Assembly: GCA_010093605.1 (NCBI GenBank)
Contig: MU004193.1
Coordinates: forward strand, 999,520-1,063,519
Length of the DNA: 64,000 nucleotides
Origin: Lophium mytilinum
Lineage: Eukaryota
Reading direction: 5' to 3'
Of the stretch, positions 13,479-26,074 are shown one piece after another. The position numbers and the translations under genes are program-made. Each line of letters begins with the position of its first letter. Position 1 is the stretch's first letter. The notes under the pieces were generated by a model. It was not told the DNA's origin, did not search any database, and saw only the letters and a list, made by a program, of their open reading frames with translations.

Positions 13479-15273
13479 ATGGCTGCCTTTGAAGAGAAGC
13501 CGAAGGTCTTCGATGAGACGCTCAGCGAGGATGCTGCTCTTGAGCAGCTGGGATACCAGCAAGGTACGTCCCGAGTTACCCTCGCCCAACGAATGGTAAG
13601 ACTGATGAGAATCAGAACTCAAGCGAAGCTTCGGTTTGCTTGGCATGATAGGTTTCTCCTTCAGCATCGTTACCTCATGGACTGCGCTCTCAGGAGTTCT
13701 TATCATTGGCGTGGAATCTGGCGGCCCACCGATCATGGTCTGGGGCTGGCTGGCTGTATGCATAGTCACGCTCGCGGTTGCGTACTCAATGGCAGAGATG
13801 TGCAGTGCCTACCCAGTCGCCGGTGGACAGGTGTGTTTGCAAATGCACTGAGGGTTTTGGAAACTAATATGTCCAGTACTCGTGGGTAGCTATCTTGGCT
13901 CCGCAGAGATGGGCGAGAGGGTTCTCGTATGTTTGCGGCTGGTTTATGTTGATCGGTGAGTTACTTTGACGCAAACCCATGCAAAAGAGTCTATCTGTGT
14001 TCAGTCAGAGTGAACATGGATACTTATTCTATCCAGGTATCCTAGCCATGGGCGCCGTCAACAACTTCATCGGCGCAAACTTCGTCCTCGGAATGGCCAA
14101 CCTCAGCAATCCGAGCTACACCATCGAGCGTTGGCACACCGTCCTTGTCGCCTACCTCATCGCCGTATGCGCCGCGGTCTCCAACATCTTTCTCCCGCGA
14201 TTTCTGGATAAGATCTCCACTGGCATCCTCATCTGGAACATCGTTTCCTTCTTCGTCGTGTTCATCACTATCCTTGCCTGCAACGACCACAAGCAGCCCG
14301 CCAGCTTCGTCTTCGGCACTTTCCAGAACGAGACGGGCTTCAGTGGATCGTACTGCGCTATCCTAGGGATTCTCCAAAGCGCCTTCGGCATGTGCTGCTA
14401 CGACGCGCCGTCCCACATGACAGAAGAGATGCGAGATGCTCGTAAACAAGCTCCTCGCGCTATTGTCATGTCCGTTTACATGGGCGCAGTCACTGGTTTC
14501 ATCTTCCTCATCAGTCTGTCTTTCTGCATGGGCGATATCGAGTCCACGGCGGGAACCACCACGGGCGTCCCCGTAATCGCCATCTTTTTCAACAGCACCG
14601 GCAGCATTGGCGGTTCGTGCGCGTTAGCTTCCTTGATCGCAGTCATCGTACTCTTCTGTGCCAACTCGCTCATGGCGGAGGGCTCACGAGCTGTGTATGC
14701 ATTCGCACGCGATCGCGGTCTACCATTCAGCAGCATCCTCAGCAAAGTCGAGAAGAAACGCCAAGTCCCGGTCTTTGCTATTCTGTTCACCTGTTTGGTG
14801 CAGATCGCCTTCAATTCGATCTACTTTGGGACGATCACGGGGTTCAACACCGTGATTTCGATTGCTACGATGGGTTTTTGTAAGTTCCGGCCTTTTTCGC
14901 GTGAGCTGTACGAGCTGACTCGATATTTCTAGATCTTTCGTACGCCATGCCACTCCTCGCGCGCATCTTATCGTACTTCAACAAGTCGCATACGACTCTG
15001 GAAGGCCCATACTCGCTCGGCCGTCTTAGCTTTCCGCTCAACATTGTTGGGTTCCTTTTCCTCATGTTTTGCGTTATTACGTTCAATTTCCCGAGCGTGA
15101 AGCCGGTGAACGAGGAGAACATGAACTACACGAGCGCTGCAGTGGGTGTGGTAATGTTGATCGCCGCGGTCACATGGTTGTTTGATGGTAGGAAGAACTT
15201 TACGGGGCCAGAGATGGGATCAGCAGTAGTCCGACGGGAGTCGGAGGTGGAATCGGAGCCAACAGTCGAGTAA
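13479..15273 (+). CDS. Amino acid/GABA/choline permease (APC superfamily), multi-exon
   Basis: LEQLGYQQELKRSFGLLGMIGFSFSI, SMAEMCSAYPVAGGQY, YDAPSHMTEE, SRAVYAFARDRGLPFS, NMNYTS; many hydrophobic segments; canonical introns. Confidence 0.93.
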
Positions 15274-16027
15274 ACGTAAGATTAGTGGTGGGTAGAGAAT
15301 CGGCTGTCGGAGGTATCTATGTTCGGATTAAAGCCTAGTAGACTAAGTCTGGATAGCTGCAGGTTTCTAGAGCTATCTAGATCCAGTCATCGTTATGCAC
15401 TCGTCACTCCCGTCTATCTACTCCTTGCCCCGGCGTTTCGAACCAGAGAGATTGATGGATCCAATGCTGCTGGTCCCGATGAGCCTTTTCCCCTCATTCT
15501 GATCGCATAAACCCTCGCTCAGTCATCTTTCACGTTAATATCGAGATACCGGTTCAAGATATAGGAGCTTTTCAATTTCACTCAAACCTCACCTTATTTC
15601 CATCGCCTTCCTGATATCCCACCCGGATAGTATCAAACCCGCCCAGATCGTCAGCTACGCGACCCAAAACAACCTACATCCGAGCAATACGCACATAGCA
15701 TATCAACCTCCATACAAAACCGCTTACATAACCAATCCCCTCTCCCCGACTATAGTGAATGCCCCCCCTTCTCCACCTACTACAAATACCCTTTATTTCC
15801 GCCCCCAACCAATCACACACGCTTAGAGGCACTCCCACTCCTTACTCTCCCAGCCGAGCAGAATCAGTCACAGCTCTACACTTGCACCGGGCCTCATTCT
15901 ACCTTTACAGAGATATCGCGCGCGATGCGCGGGAGGCAACTCCAGATGCACTTTTATACTCGGTCTCACCTCCCTATACGCTCGTAGTGCTGCTGGGGGG
16001 ACGGGGTGGGGATGTCTCGAAGTGTGT

Positions 16028-16088
16028 GTCCCGATGGGGTGGCTGGGCGAAGCCTGGGTTCGAATCACGCCCGGGATGTTTTCCTTTT
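16028..16088 (+). other. Truncated tRNA-like / Pol III B-box element
   Basis: GTCCCG (16028) can pair with CGGGAT (to 16077). B-box-like GGTTCGAATC at 16057-16066, followed by T runs. Too short for a full cloverleaf. Confidence 0.3.
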
Positions 16089-17601
16089 GATCAATTTTTC
16101 CGCTGGGGGGCCTTGCTGGCAGGGGGGACGGTCGCTATGAAGTCAAGGGCGGTAGGCTGGACTGACTGACATCGCCTCCCTCTCGTTATGTGCAGAGGAG
16201 TATATAAAGCTTGATTGAGCGTCCTTGTCTCGGGATTGAAAGGGGATCTCCAAGATTTGGCTGGCAAATGAAGAAGAAGCTGTCGTATATTGGAATTGAA
16301 GTTTTGAAATCGCAGAACGGCAAGACTCATGGCCGTGGGTTTGGGGTAGGGGAGCAGACGTCGAAATTCAAAATAGTCAACTTCGCCCTATGAGAGTCTG
16401 ACTGAAGCATAGGGCATACTATCAATAATGATTCGTACTGTCAACTCTTCAAGACATCAACGGCCAGTAGCACTTTTCAACGACTCACGAGCATCACCAC
16501 CCCTCCGACGTGTTCAGCATCAGCATCTTGGAAGCTTGGTCGTCAGCACCACCATCCCGACATCTCCACTCCCACTCCCACTCCATGAACATCCTGCTTG
16601 ATATGTGTCCAATCTCCGCTTCATGGAAGTGGAAGACATTCCAAATTCAATACACACTCCATATAGGTCGTCGTCGTTGGATTTTCCCCAGATCCCGCGT
16701 CCAACAGTCTCCCTCCATCGTGCTTCATCTTCACGATTTTGATCCACAGAGCCGCACTCCATTGATGGGTGCGCCGTATCACTTTTGCAACACACTTCCT
16801 CAAGCAACTCTAACCCCTTCTATGTCTAAATCCCCAGAACCGCGTCGCGGAGACGTTTATATACCTGCAGCCCTTGGACAATACGCCGCTAGCACGGGAG
16901 TAGCACGTGAGATGACCACTTCACGTGTCCGGGCCCACCACTCAGTACGATAGGGCGGTGTCTTGAACCTTCCGTCGTACGCTGCGGAGGAACATGACAT
17001 CCACGTGAAAGCTGACAAAGCGGGATTTCTATCGCGTATATCAGCTCGTCGTCCGCGAGCTCTGTCTTGGAGGGTATAGAGATTGGGTGGTTTGAGTCTA
17101 GCGAAAAAGGCACTTTCCAAAGTCCCATGGTGTGCTGGGCTCGAGCTTTGGATTGAGCACGTATCAGACAGATCTCTTCATGGTGGGGAGAAAGGTGGTG
17201 GGTCAACAATGCATTTCTGGCGGTATAATGTGTTGGTGGGAGTCTTGGGCAGGGAACTCTTCAAATTCGTGAAGGGGGTTTTTTGATGTATTGGTGTGAG
17301 TGGGTGGAAATAGGCCAGGGAGACGATGAATGTGGAAAGCGATTGGGGGGGTTGGAGACTTGTCTTTTGGTGGTGATGATGTGCATCAATCTCTTAGGTA
17401 TGAAACCAATATCGTTGAAAATGGATGATGCGAGTCGTCTTTATGCACTGATTATGCTCTAATGCCGTCCGGATTCACAAAGTGCTGTCGTTAATCTCGC
17501 GCAGAGATCATATTCACCGTCAGTTCATAAGAGTCTCTTAGGCGAATGCATGACATTAGATAGAAACTCCCCATACTAGATACTAGCTAAGAAACCAATT
17601 A

Positions 17602-18480
17602 TCACAACACATCAAACTGCGTCCAATGATCCTTTCCACCCATGAACTCACCCTCAGTATACGGATCCATCATAACACCCTCATTCCAGGAATCAGACCG
17701 CTCCTGAATGCTCTCCTCCCACCACCCACTCCTTGCCCCATCAGCATCATACCCTCTATGCTTCTCACTACGCGCTACCTCCAATCGCTCCTTCGTTGCC
17801 TCGCGGATCATCATGATCCAGAACGGCCCCCCAACATCAAACCCACCTCTAGTCAACTGCCCATGATACTTCTGCCACAAAATCGGCAGATGCAAGATCC
17901 TCCTATCGAACACAACTCCTACGCCCATGCCCCCAGCAAGGTCTGAGTCTTGCGCAATACATCTGTCGAGCCCGGCGAGCCATTCGCGGTCGCGGTCGCT
18001 CCTGCGCAGTGCTACCTCCATCATCTGCAATTCGTGGATATAAGCGCGCTTTATAGAACCCTGCGAACCCACAGTCAGCATTCATTCTCATACGCGATCG
18101 AGTATATCAGATCGCACCTCAACTGCTAGTTTGATCTCGCAGCGTTCAAAGAGGATCTGCGCCGCTACACGAGCGTCGAAGAAGACCTTGATGATGGGGC
18201 TAGCCTCTAGAAGCCATTTCAGGGCGAGTGCGTTTTTGTCGTTCCGGCGGAGGGCGGCGTTGAGATCTGAGAGGTCGAGGATGTTGACTGTGGAGGCGGG
18301 AGCGACGTAGATGGTTAGGCTGTGGGAGTTGGCGAGGAGGTAGAGGATGCGGGGTTGTTTGGGAGGCGGTTTAGGGTTTGTACGAAGGCTGGAAGGGCCC
18401 TGGGGATGGGGATGTGCCTTGCTGGGATAGGTTTGGGAGTGGAGAGAGACATTGCGGGTAATACCTGGGTTTGGGGGCAT
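17602..18480 (-). CDS. 3'-5' exonuclease-fold (EXD1-like) protein, probably catalytically degenerate
   Basis: LKWLLEASPIIKVFFDARV...L...IHELQMMEVALR...LAGLDRCIAQD. Intron 18117-18061 joins ORFs 18088-18480 and 17602-18081. Confidence 0.65.
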
Positions 18481-18742
18481 GGAGAAGTGCGGTGTGGTAT
18501 CGAGGGAAGCCGTAGCAAGCTATTGGTCTTTGTGCGTGTTACGTTACACCGCAGAACTTCGTCAAACAATCGATTATTCGTCTTCCACAGCAAGTATTCT
18601 GGCGTTAAGCATTTTTCCTCTTCTGCAGTCAACACCACCCTCAGACGCTGCAACGGAAAAAGCATAAGGAACATGTGAAGAAATACGGACACCACGAACT
18701 CTTTCCCCCATCACTAGTTTCCACCTCTTTCCTCCTCGTGGC

Positions 18743-20946
18743 TCATAGAGTAAGTGTTGACACCGCATGCGTGTCTAGCTCGGATGACCGACTTTCTGTC
18801 AACTCCAAATCCTGCGACGGACTCGCGATAGCAAACAGCCCTAGATCAGCTTCCGTATCCTGCCTTTCTACCGTGCTCGACCGACTAGGACTTTCTCCTC
18901 TCGTAGCCGCTCCAGAATTCTCATCCGTGGATGAAGCCGGTTCCATTCTTTCGGGGGATGCGGTGCGTCTAGGTTTGATATCAAGCTCTTCCTTGATTCG
19001 AACTTCAAAGTAATCCACTTCCCACATGATGGTTGGTAAGTATGAATTGAAAAGCCCAGCAAGATAGACATTAAGAGAGATTGCTGAAAGCGCATTCACT
19101 ATGGTCGAAGCAAAGTTTCCTACTGGGAAGTTCAGGCCGATTCCTACAAGCAGCGAGAAAATCGCAAGGATGAAGAAGCGTATGATCCCGGCAGCGAAAG
19201 ATCGGTGGTCTATGGCCTTCAATTCAATTAAAACCTCGGATTCTAATTTTTTCAGAGTGCCGAGATCGTGCAATATATTCAGCTCACTTGCTGACCTGGA
19301 CGGTGGAGCAATGATATCATTCGGAGGGGCAATCGAACTTGGGCTTAGCCTGCTCCCAGTTGTCGGCGACAGATCATGAGATGGTCCCTGAGTTTGGAGA
19401 TCGGTTTGTGGTACCTCTGTCGAAGATGGTACAGCTACTGTGGGGATCATGACGTCGGCATCGTCGCTAGGCTCATGTGATTGCTGATTCTTCCGTGTCT
19501 CTGCGCTCACGTTAGATTTCTTATTAAATCCAGCTCGTCCGTCGCGTACCGTTATAGATTTCTTCAGCAGCTAACATGGGGAGCGCAAGTAACGCAAGTG
19601 AGACAACCTATCCGAAGTCCATCCTAGAAGCGGTTTCTCCCATTCTAGGCGCATACAACCACCGCACGCTGATCGTTTGCGCCGACCCGTAAGCAAAGAA
19701 GAACAACAGGGGGGGAACGTTGGAAAGGTAGGACTGCTGGTATTCTCGCATAAAGAATTGGCGTGTGTGTGACTGTCCACGCTCCCACTCCCATTCCCAT
19801 CGTTTGACTCGCTCCGCAGGCGAGTTTTCTACTGCTTTGACTCTGAAATAGATATCGTGTACGACGTCTGTGTCGATGATCTTATGTTTAAAGCGTCGGC
19901 GTAATTCCCGTAAAATTTTCCTATCTCGCCATCGGCTGGCCGAGGGTGTTTGGGTTCTCTCGTGCCTCTGTCTAGAAGTCTGAACGCTCCCTGCATGGGT
20001 TTTATGAGTCTTTGGGCCCTCGGGCGACTTCGAAGGTTGCTGCACTTGAGCTTCGAATACTTGGTCATCTGTTTGAGAAGTGAAGAGAACGGAGATGCGG
20101 GAAATATAGGGAATTGAGATCATTGCGAGCGTAGGAAGGAGCAAGGAAATAGCTCTCTCGTTGATTGTGATTGAGATGAGAGCACATTCTGCAGTGTTGA
20201 CCAGGAGATCCGGCCGCCCGAAAACAGTAGTATCGCTCCCTTCATTCACAACGATGGCGAATATTAGCAAGACCATGGTTACGACTATACCAAGAACCCT
20301 CCAATTTCGGACTGTGGGGTGTTCAATGAGATAGTCTTTCAGAACGTACAGTGTCCCAAGATGGGTCGTTGCGGAGAACCAAGCTAGACCAATCACTACT
20401 CTGAACTCGTAGAACGTGATTTCGCACCGGTTAGACACCACGGCAACGACAAGCGCGAGCCCGGTGACCAGTTGCTGATCACTCAGCGCTAGAACAAATC
20501 TTTTAAGAGCCTCGGAGCGTTCTTCTTTCTGGAGAGCAGGCGGATATGCATACTTTTTCTTCCCAAAAGTCACAACTGCCAGTAGAACGGACTTGATAAA
20601 TCTCCAAAATCGTACGAAATCAAGGTATGGTAAGATTTTCTTGTAAACGAATGAACCTCTGAAGAACTTGATGAATTCTCGATCCACTGAATTCAAATCC
20701 GAGTCGGGTAATGAGTCGGAGAAGTGCCCATAAAGGATGGCACCGCAAGTCAATCCAGCTGAGATGAGAAATGACGCCAAGACCTGCAATCCTTTAGATC
20801 ATGGTATGGTAGTTGAAGAGTGGAGTACTTACGCCTTTACCGACAATGTCCCCGTCTGTTTCAAGGACAGTTTTCTTGGTACAGCCAGGCTTTGTCGTGT
20901 TGTAGTAGCAAGTGTCACATTTTAGAGCACTTCCGCAAGTACCCAT
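18743..20946 (-). pseudogene. Multi-pass membrane protein of a common fungal hypothetical family, with premature stop
   Basis: DGDIVGKG|VLASF, ALSDQQLVTGLA, LAWFSATTHL. Reading through TAG at 19608-19610 gives MDFG*VVSLALLALPMLAAEEIY; a GTACGC..CTAAC..CAG intron (~19550-19501) then joins ORF 18743-19510. Confidence 0.65.
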
Positions 20947-21774
20947 TGTCGAGGGGTCTGGTATGTTCGGCTTTACGTCCACGGAATCCAGCTAAAGGGC
21001 GAAAGGGGCCGTGGCAGTTCGTCTAGACGCAGACAATATCCGTTTACAACACAAGTAAGGCCAACAGTGCGTTGAAAGACCTAATGTGGAGCCACTGTGG
21101 ATGTATTGAAAGACGGGGGAGGCCTTCTTGTAGACGACAGTAGGAGAAGCAGAGATACAAATTTCAAATCAGGCTGGGCAGGCTAGATCTTTATGTACGC
21201 GCCGGCAGCCTACGCGCGTCCGCTGGCATCTCAGCCTTGTGTAACCGTGCGAATGTAGCAGAAACAGACGAGGCCACAGCCAATCGAAGACCATGTCTCT
21301 ATCGGCACCAAGGAAGTCGAGGATCGGCGTTTACTCAGACAAAAGAAATTATAGGTGTGAGCACCTCACACTGGAGAAGCTTTCACTGCATTTGTGGATT
21401 CAAAACTTCAAGTACAGCGTGCAAACGCCACAGGCGTGCGCCACCATGGTTTTAAGCTGGTGCTAAGAGATGCGCAGCGCAAGCGACGAGTTGACAGCGG
21501 TATTCAATATACGTGTCTAGTGCCTTTACTATGTCGGGCCTGTAGTTGGTAACTACTGAGGGATGATGGAGTTCAAAGGGTAAGACGTTTGTGAAATGGA
21601 AGAAAAAGGGTAGCAAAGATTCATCTACGATTCATCTACATAACCAGCAACATTCAAGAAACTCTGATCCAGGTACCTTTCCATACAAGTTGAGCTGCTC
21701 CTCTATATTGAGCATCATTTTCGTCAATATCATAGGCGTCGCGATGAGTTGAATTGAACGCACTAATACTTCTT

Positions 21775-22812
21775 TTATGCCGCATACTCTCCCTCTGGTG
21801 CAACCTCGAGAATTAGCTTGCCCCTGGCTCTGCCCGTCCTCAATCTTTGGTATGCTTCCCTCAAATCTTCAAACTTGTACTTCGAATCAATAACAGGCTT
21901 GACCTTGCCCTCAACCATCCACTCGGCAATCTGCGAGAGGTCTTCCCGATCAGGTTTGGCGAAGACAGTCAGATGCTGTCTTTTTGCACCACTCAAGAAT
22001 CTTGGCATGTATTCCGCCGCCACGATAAATCGTACAAAGCTCAGGTGGTGACTCGCTGCCACTGTGACGAATTTCGCATCAGGACTCGTGTATACGTCTG
22101 CTTCCCAGAATAGATTGTGATCGTTGCCAACGTAGTCTACAACAAGGTCGTACTTATACGGCGAGTCTTTGAGAGCCTGTATCACGTTCTGTGTCTTGTA
22201 GTCGATGACTTCGTCGGCACCTAGAGATTTGCAATGCGTGACATTGGCAGTAGAGCAGGTCACAGTCACATGGCGTCCTTCCGCTTTGGCAATTTGGATA
22301 CCGAAACTTCCCACCCCTCCAGATCCGCCATTCAAGAGGACTCGCGAGCCCGGCTTGGAGTAAGGTAAGATGGATTGATAAGCAGCAAGCCCAGCTATAG
22401 TGATGCCGGCGGCATCAATGATGGACAATCCTGTCGGTATAGGCACTGTATTGCTGACAAGCGCAATCCCATACTCTGACATGGCCCCTCCGTACATAAA
22501 GCTTGTCCCGGCGCCTCCAAACACGAGTTGTCCTGGCTTGAGCGTTGAACCTGGCGCTGGCTTGACAATATAGCCAGCAAAGTCATTTCCAGGAGAGGCA
22601 GGTTTGGGAAAGGCCACCTTATGGAGGAATTGGAATTCGGAAAGTCTGTAGTCAGCTGGATTAAGACCAGCAGCAAGAATTCGAACCAGGTGCTGGTTAG
22701 CCTGGGGCTCGAGCATGGGAACATTGTTCAGTGTCAGGTTGTTCTCGAGGCCACCTGCTGTGGATCTGTATTGCCAGCTGCGAAACGAGGATGGAATACC
22801 CTTGGTAGCCAT
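21775..22812 (-). CDS. MDR-family NAD(P)H-dependent quinone/enoyl reductase-like oxidoreductase
   Basis: AAGLNPADY, PGNDFAG, NGGSGGVGSFGIQIAK, LGADEVIDYK, PVIDS, GRARGKLI. Confidence 0.9.
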   Translation of the reverse strand: MATKGIPSSFRSWQYRSTAGGLENNLTLNNVPMLEPQANQHLVRILAAGLNPADYRLSEFQFLHKVAFPKPASPGNDFAGYIVKPAPGSTLKPGQLVFGGAGTSFMYGGAMSEYGIALVSNTVPIPTGLSIIDAAGITIAGLAAYQSILPYSKPGSRVLLNGGSGGVGSFGIQIAKAEGRHVTVTCSTANVTHCKSLGADEVIDYKTQNVIQALKDSPYKYDLVVDYVGNDHNLFWEADVYTSPDAKFVTVAASHHLSFVRFIVAAEYMPRFLSGAKRQHLTVFAKPDREDLSQIAEWMVEGKVKPVIDSKYKFEDLREAYQRLRTGRARGKLILEVAPEGEYAA

Positions 22813-23006
22813 AATGATCGTCTTGTTTGTAATTGTGAAAGTTCCTTCTTGTGAAAGCGTGTCCTGGAGCTCAAATTGATAAGCTCTGGTTTGAAGAAAT
22901 GGGTAGTACTGGATCGTAAGGTTGTGTCCAGAAGCTAGGTTACAAATAGCTGAGGGCATGATATACAATTCTTTCTTAGTCAAGGATTACTCGGCCCACG
23001 AAGTCC

Positions 23007-23021
23007 CCGTGGAATTAACGG
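23007..23021 (-). promoter_or_regulatory. Putative Zn2Cys6 binding site CCG-N9-CGG upstream of the MDR gene
   Basis: Reads CCGTTAATTCCACGG in gene sense; matches the site at 25924-25938 at 12 of 15 positions. Confidence 0.5.
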
Positions 23022-23454
23022 AAAACAGCCTGCAACAGGGATGCGCACCCCTGAGCAAGGTACCGAAGTCCTGCTAAATCCTCAGCGAGCGAGTGTCAAG
23101 GTGCGTATGTGGCTTGGACTTGAGAGCCGTACCGCCCTGCCTGAAGGATGCGCTAATACATACTTTCTGGGCTGTGCTTAAAGTATTTGCAGTTATACGG
23201 AGCACTAAGACTTAGCAACTTGGCCAACCTGAAGCGCCCTGGACTGGGCAATCTCACATTAAGCACAGAGCTAACATTACTCATTTCATCTACGTGCGTA
23301 GAGGTGTAGTCGTCGTCTTTGGCTGATCTTAGGGCTTAAACCGGTGTCAGAACGTACGGGTGAGTGCCCGGGGCCCTTGTTGCTGAGAAGTCCGGACGCT
23401 CGATGGAGGCCTCAAATTTTAACCGTCAAACTTCTATGTTGGTCCCCTCACAAA

Positions 23455-25690
23455 TCACAAATCGACCAGCATATTTCTGTTCCAATCGACAGGCTTGAAG
23501 ACAGCTCCGGTATGAATGTCCTGCAAGATTTCATCAAACATAGCACTCTCCCACTGCATGTTGTCCCAATCATCGCCTGATGTTACCCATCCGAAACCGT
23601 CGACGCTCCGCCCTGCCAACGTATCTATGGCCTCTCTGCTCCCTTCGTAAACGCTGTCATGGGTACCGGTCCGCGGGCTCCTCCCCTCGCCTGCCGCCAT
23701 GGTGATCACCTCACACCATTTCTCGACCCTAGCCTTCTTCATCTTCAAATGTTCTGCAGCAAAGTCCCATGTATCATTCTTCCAATCCACCCCCTGCGCC
23801 GCGGCCATCTCCTTCTTTGCGGCCTCAAAACGAGCTCCCATGGTGTCTAAGATGCCGAGGATATCAACCTGAAGATTGGGTTGCGCTGTGACCTTGGCCC
23901 TGAGCGAGTTGAGTATCTGGGCGGACACGACTTGGGTGGATAGTGAGGCTGGAGGTCTCGGCAAGCTCAGATCTGGACATGAAGGCACGCCGCTGAGAGC
24001 AGGCGTTGGTTGCCAGGGAGCCGTGAATTCTTTCTGCGACACGGCTGTGCCGGCACTGGAAAGCTTGACCGCGCTGGGCCCGGCTACTCTTACCCATCGA
24101 GAGAGCATCATGGCGCCATGGACCAATTGGACGTAGGCAGGCTGAGGCATGTAGAAGTAGGAGCAGACCGGGATGGCAAGCCAACTCTCGAGCCAGGCCT
24201 TGAGTGCGGCAGTGAAATGTGAGAAGACATCGGATATCGGCACGCCGGAAAGCGAGAGCGAGGCGAAGGATTGAGATTCGGCATCTGGTAGGTGTGAACC
24301 TGCCAGTAGAGGCTCAAAGATCCGGAGGTTAGCGCTATTGTGATAGCAAGATAGAAAGTCTAGGCTCTCAGACTGGGTTAGCGAAGCACCGGCGGCGACA
24401 TTTTTAAACATTCGGGGGATCATACAATCGGATTTGAGATTCGGGGGTAGTGCGTTCCGGAGACTGTCTAGCTCAACTCGGAATGCCTCTAGACGCGCCA
24501 TCGTTGAAGGTTCGGGCGAAACTAGATGTTCGTCCGGCGGTGAATCACTACTGTGGAAGTGGAAGATATTCTCGGTGAGTTGCTGGATGCGGACCAACTG
24601 TATGGCAAGTTGGTCTGTCTGGTATTCTTTAGCATCGTCAAGATCTTTGAGGCATTGGCCCATATATTTGGTATATTTTGTGAATGCTAACTGTTTCACG
24701 ACAAGGCCAGCGCTGCTATCGAGTTAGTTTTGTCCTTAATGAAGCTCCATTCAGGCGTTGCTAGACTTACTTTGAGCTCATATACCAGACGCCAAGTAGC
24801 GCCCTCTTCTCTTCGTTCGTTCTGGACACGGGCTCTTCGGCACGTACCAAAGGCAGCTGACTCCTCCTCTGTTGAGACTTGGGGCATGTGTTCAAACCTA
24901 TATCTTCTACCAAGCTGACTGCGAGACGGATCAGGTTGTTGAACTGCGCATGAGCCATGCAATGGTAGTGGTAGGATCCTAGGAAAACTAGAATGCCTTG
25001 GAGGAGATCCAACGAGCGCTCAGATCTCATGAGTATGGCATCAGAGATATGTTCCATAACGGCGCGGCTTTGTCCCCTGACCAATCGAAGATGGCGGACG
25101 GAAGCTACCATTCTGATCACCTTCATGAGAAATGGACGAGTTGCCTGCAGTTGTCTTGGCGTTGTGCCAGCTGGAATGATGACAAAAGGCAACAGACTAG
25201 ACTGCTGATTCCTGTAGATGGACAACAAAGTCTCGTCAGACTCCACGGGGACAAGATCTCCCATGTCTACTGTTGCCATGCAGGTGCATGTTAGACCCGC
25301 GGGTGCGCTAGGGGTGAAGTCATGCGCTGGGGTGTTCAGAGCAGTTTCGTCCTGGCTTAGAGCGACTTGAGCTTGGGGTTCGGCGCTAACCGATGACGCC
25401 GAATGGTTGTTTGCGAGGTAATCTATACCACCATTGGATGAACTGCCATGTACAGTTGAGCATTCCCCTCCCGACGCCTTCGATGAGTGAATCAGGACAT
25501 ACGAGGGCTTGGCCTGTCTCTTCTTCCTTGGACCAGAAGTTTGACCCACGCAGTCTTTCTCCAAACTTCGGCATCGATCACATTGTTGTGGCCCCGAAGA
25601 CTGGGTGCGAATGCAGCGTGTCTTTGCTGCCGCACACGGAGCGCAGGCCGCGCCCCATCTGGCGCTGCGACCCGTCTTTGGTCTGTCCAT
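23455..25690 (-). CDS. Zn(II)2Cys6 fungal transcription factor (multi-exon)
   Basis: CAPCAAAKTRC...CDRCRSLEKDC zinc cluster; middle region PFVIIP, RPFL, ERSLDLLQGILVF, EEKRALLG; GT-AG introns. Confidence 0.9.
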
Positions 25691-25923
25691 CTTAACTCGA
25701 CTCTGCAAACATCCGTCTTGGCCTTTACCGCGAAATCGTGGCGGCTTCTGGGAGCATCCCGTTGTCGTACGATGCGCACGCCGCGGAAAGTAAAGACGAC
25801 GTTGGTTTCGGGAGTCCTCGAAGTTGGCGGCAAGTTTGGTGGAGTTTTTCTTCGGTTCCATACCTTATGCTGTCCGCAATACCTAGGTAATATAGTATAA
25901 GTGGGTCATGGCATGGATAAAAC

Positions 25924-25938
25924 CCGAAAATTCCGCGG
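25924..25938 (+). promoter_or_regulatory. Putative Zn2Cys6 binding site CCG-N9-CGG in the TF/SnoaL divergent promoter
   Basis: CCGAAAATTCCGCGG about 140 bp upstream of the SnoaL ATG. Confidence 0.5.
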
Positions 25939-26074
25939 GAAGATTTGCACACGCCGTGCTTTCATGAAATCCCCATACTCAAGAAATATGATCCGTTACT
26001 TAAATAGATAGACTGAGCATGCCTACAATCAACAGCATACATTTCTATTCTTTTATCAAACATAAACCGCGAAA

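Noticed and set aside
16028..16078. Functional tRNA gene
   Set aside because: Only ~50 nt, with no anticodon arm and an unpaired T-stem.
16500..17300. Possible decayed gene
   Set aside because: No frame gave a recognisable protein motif.
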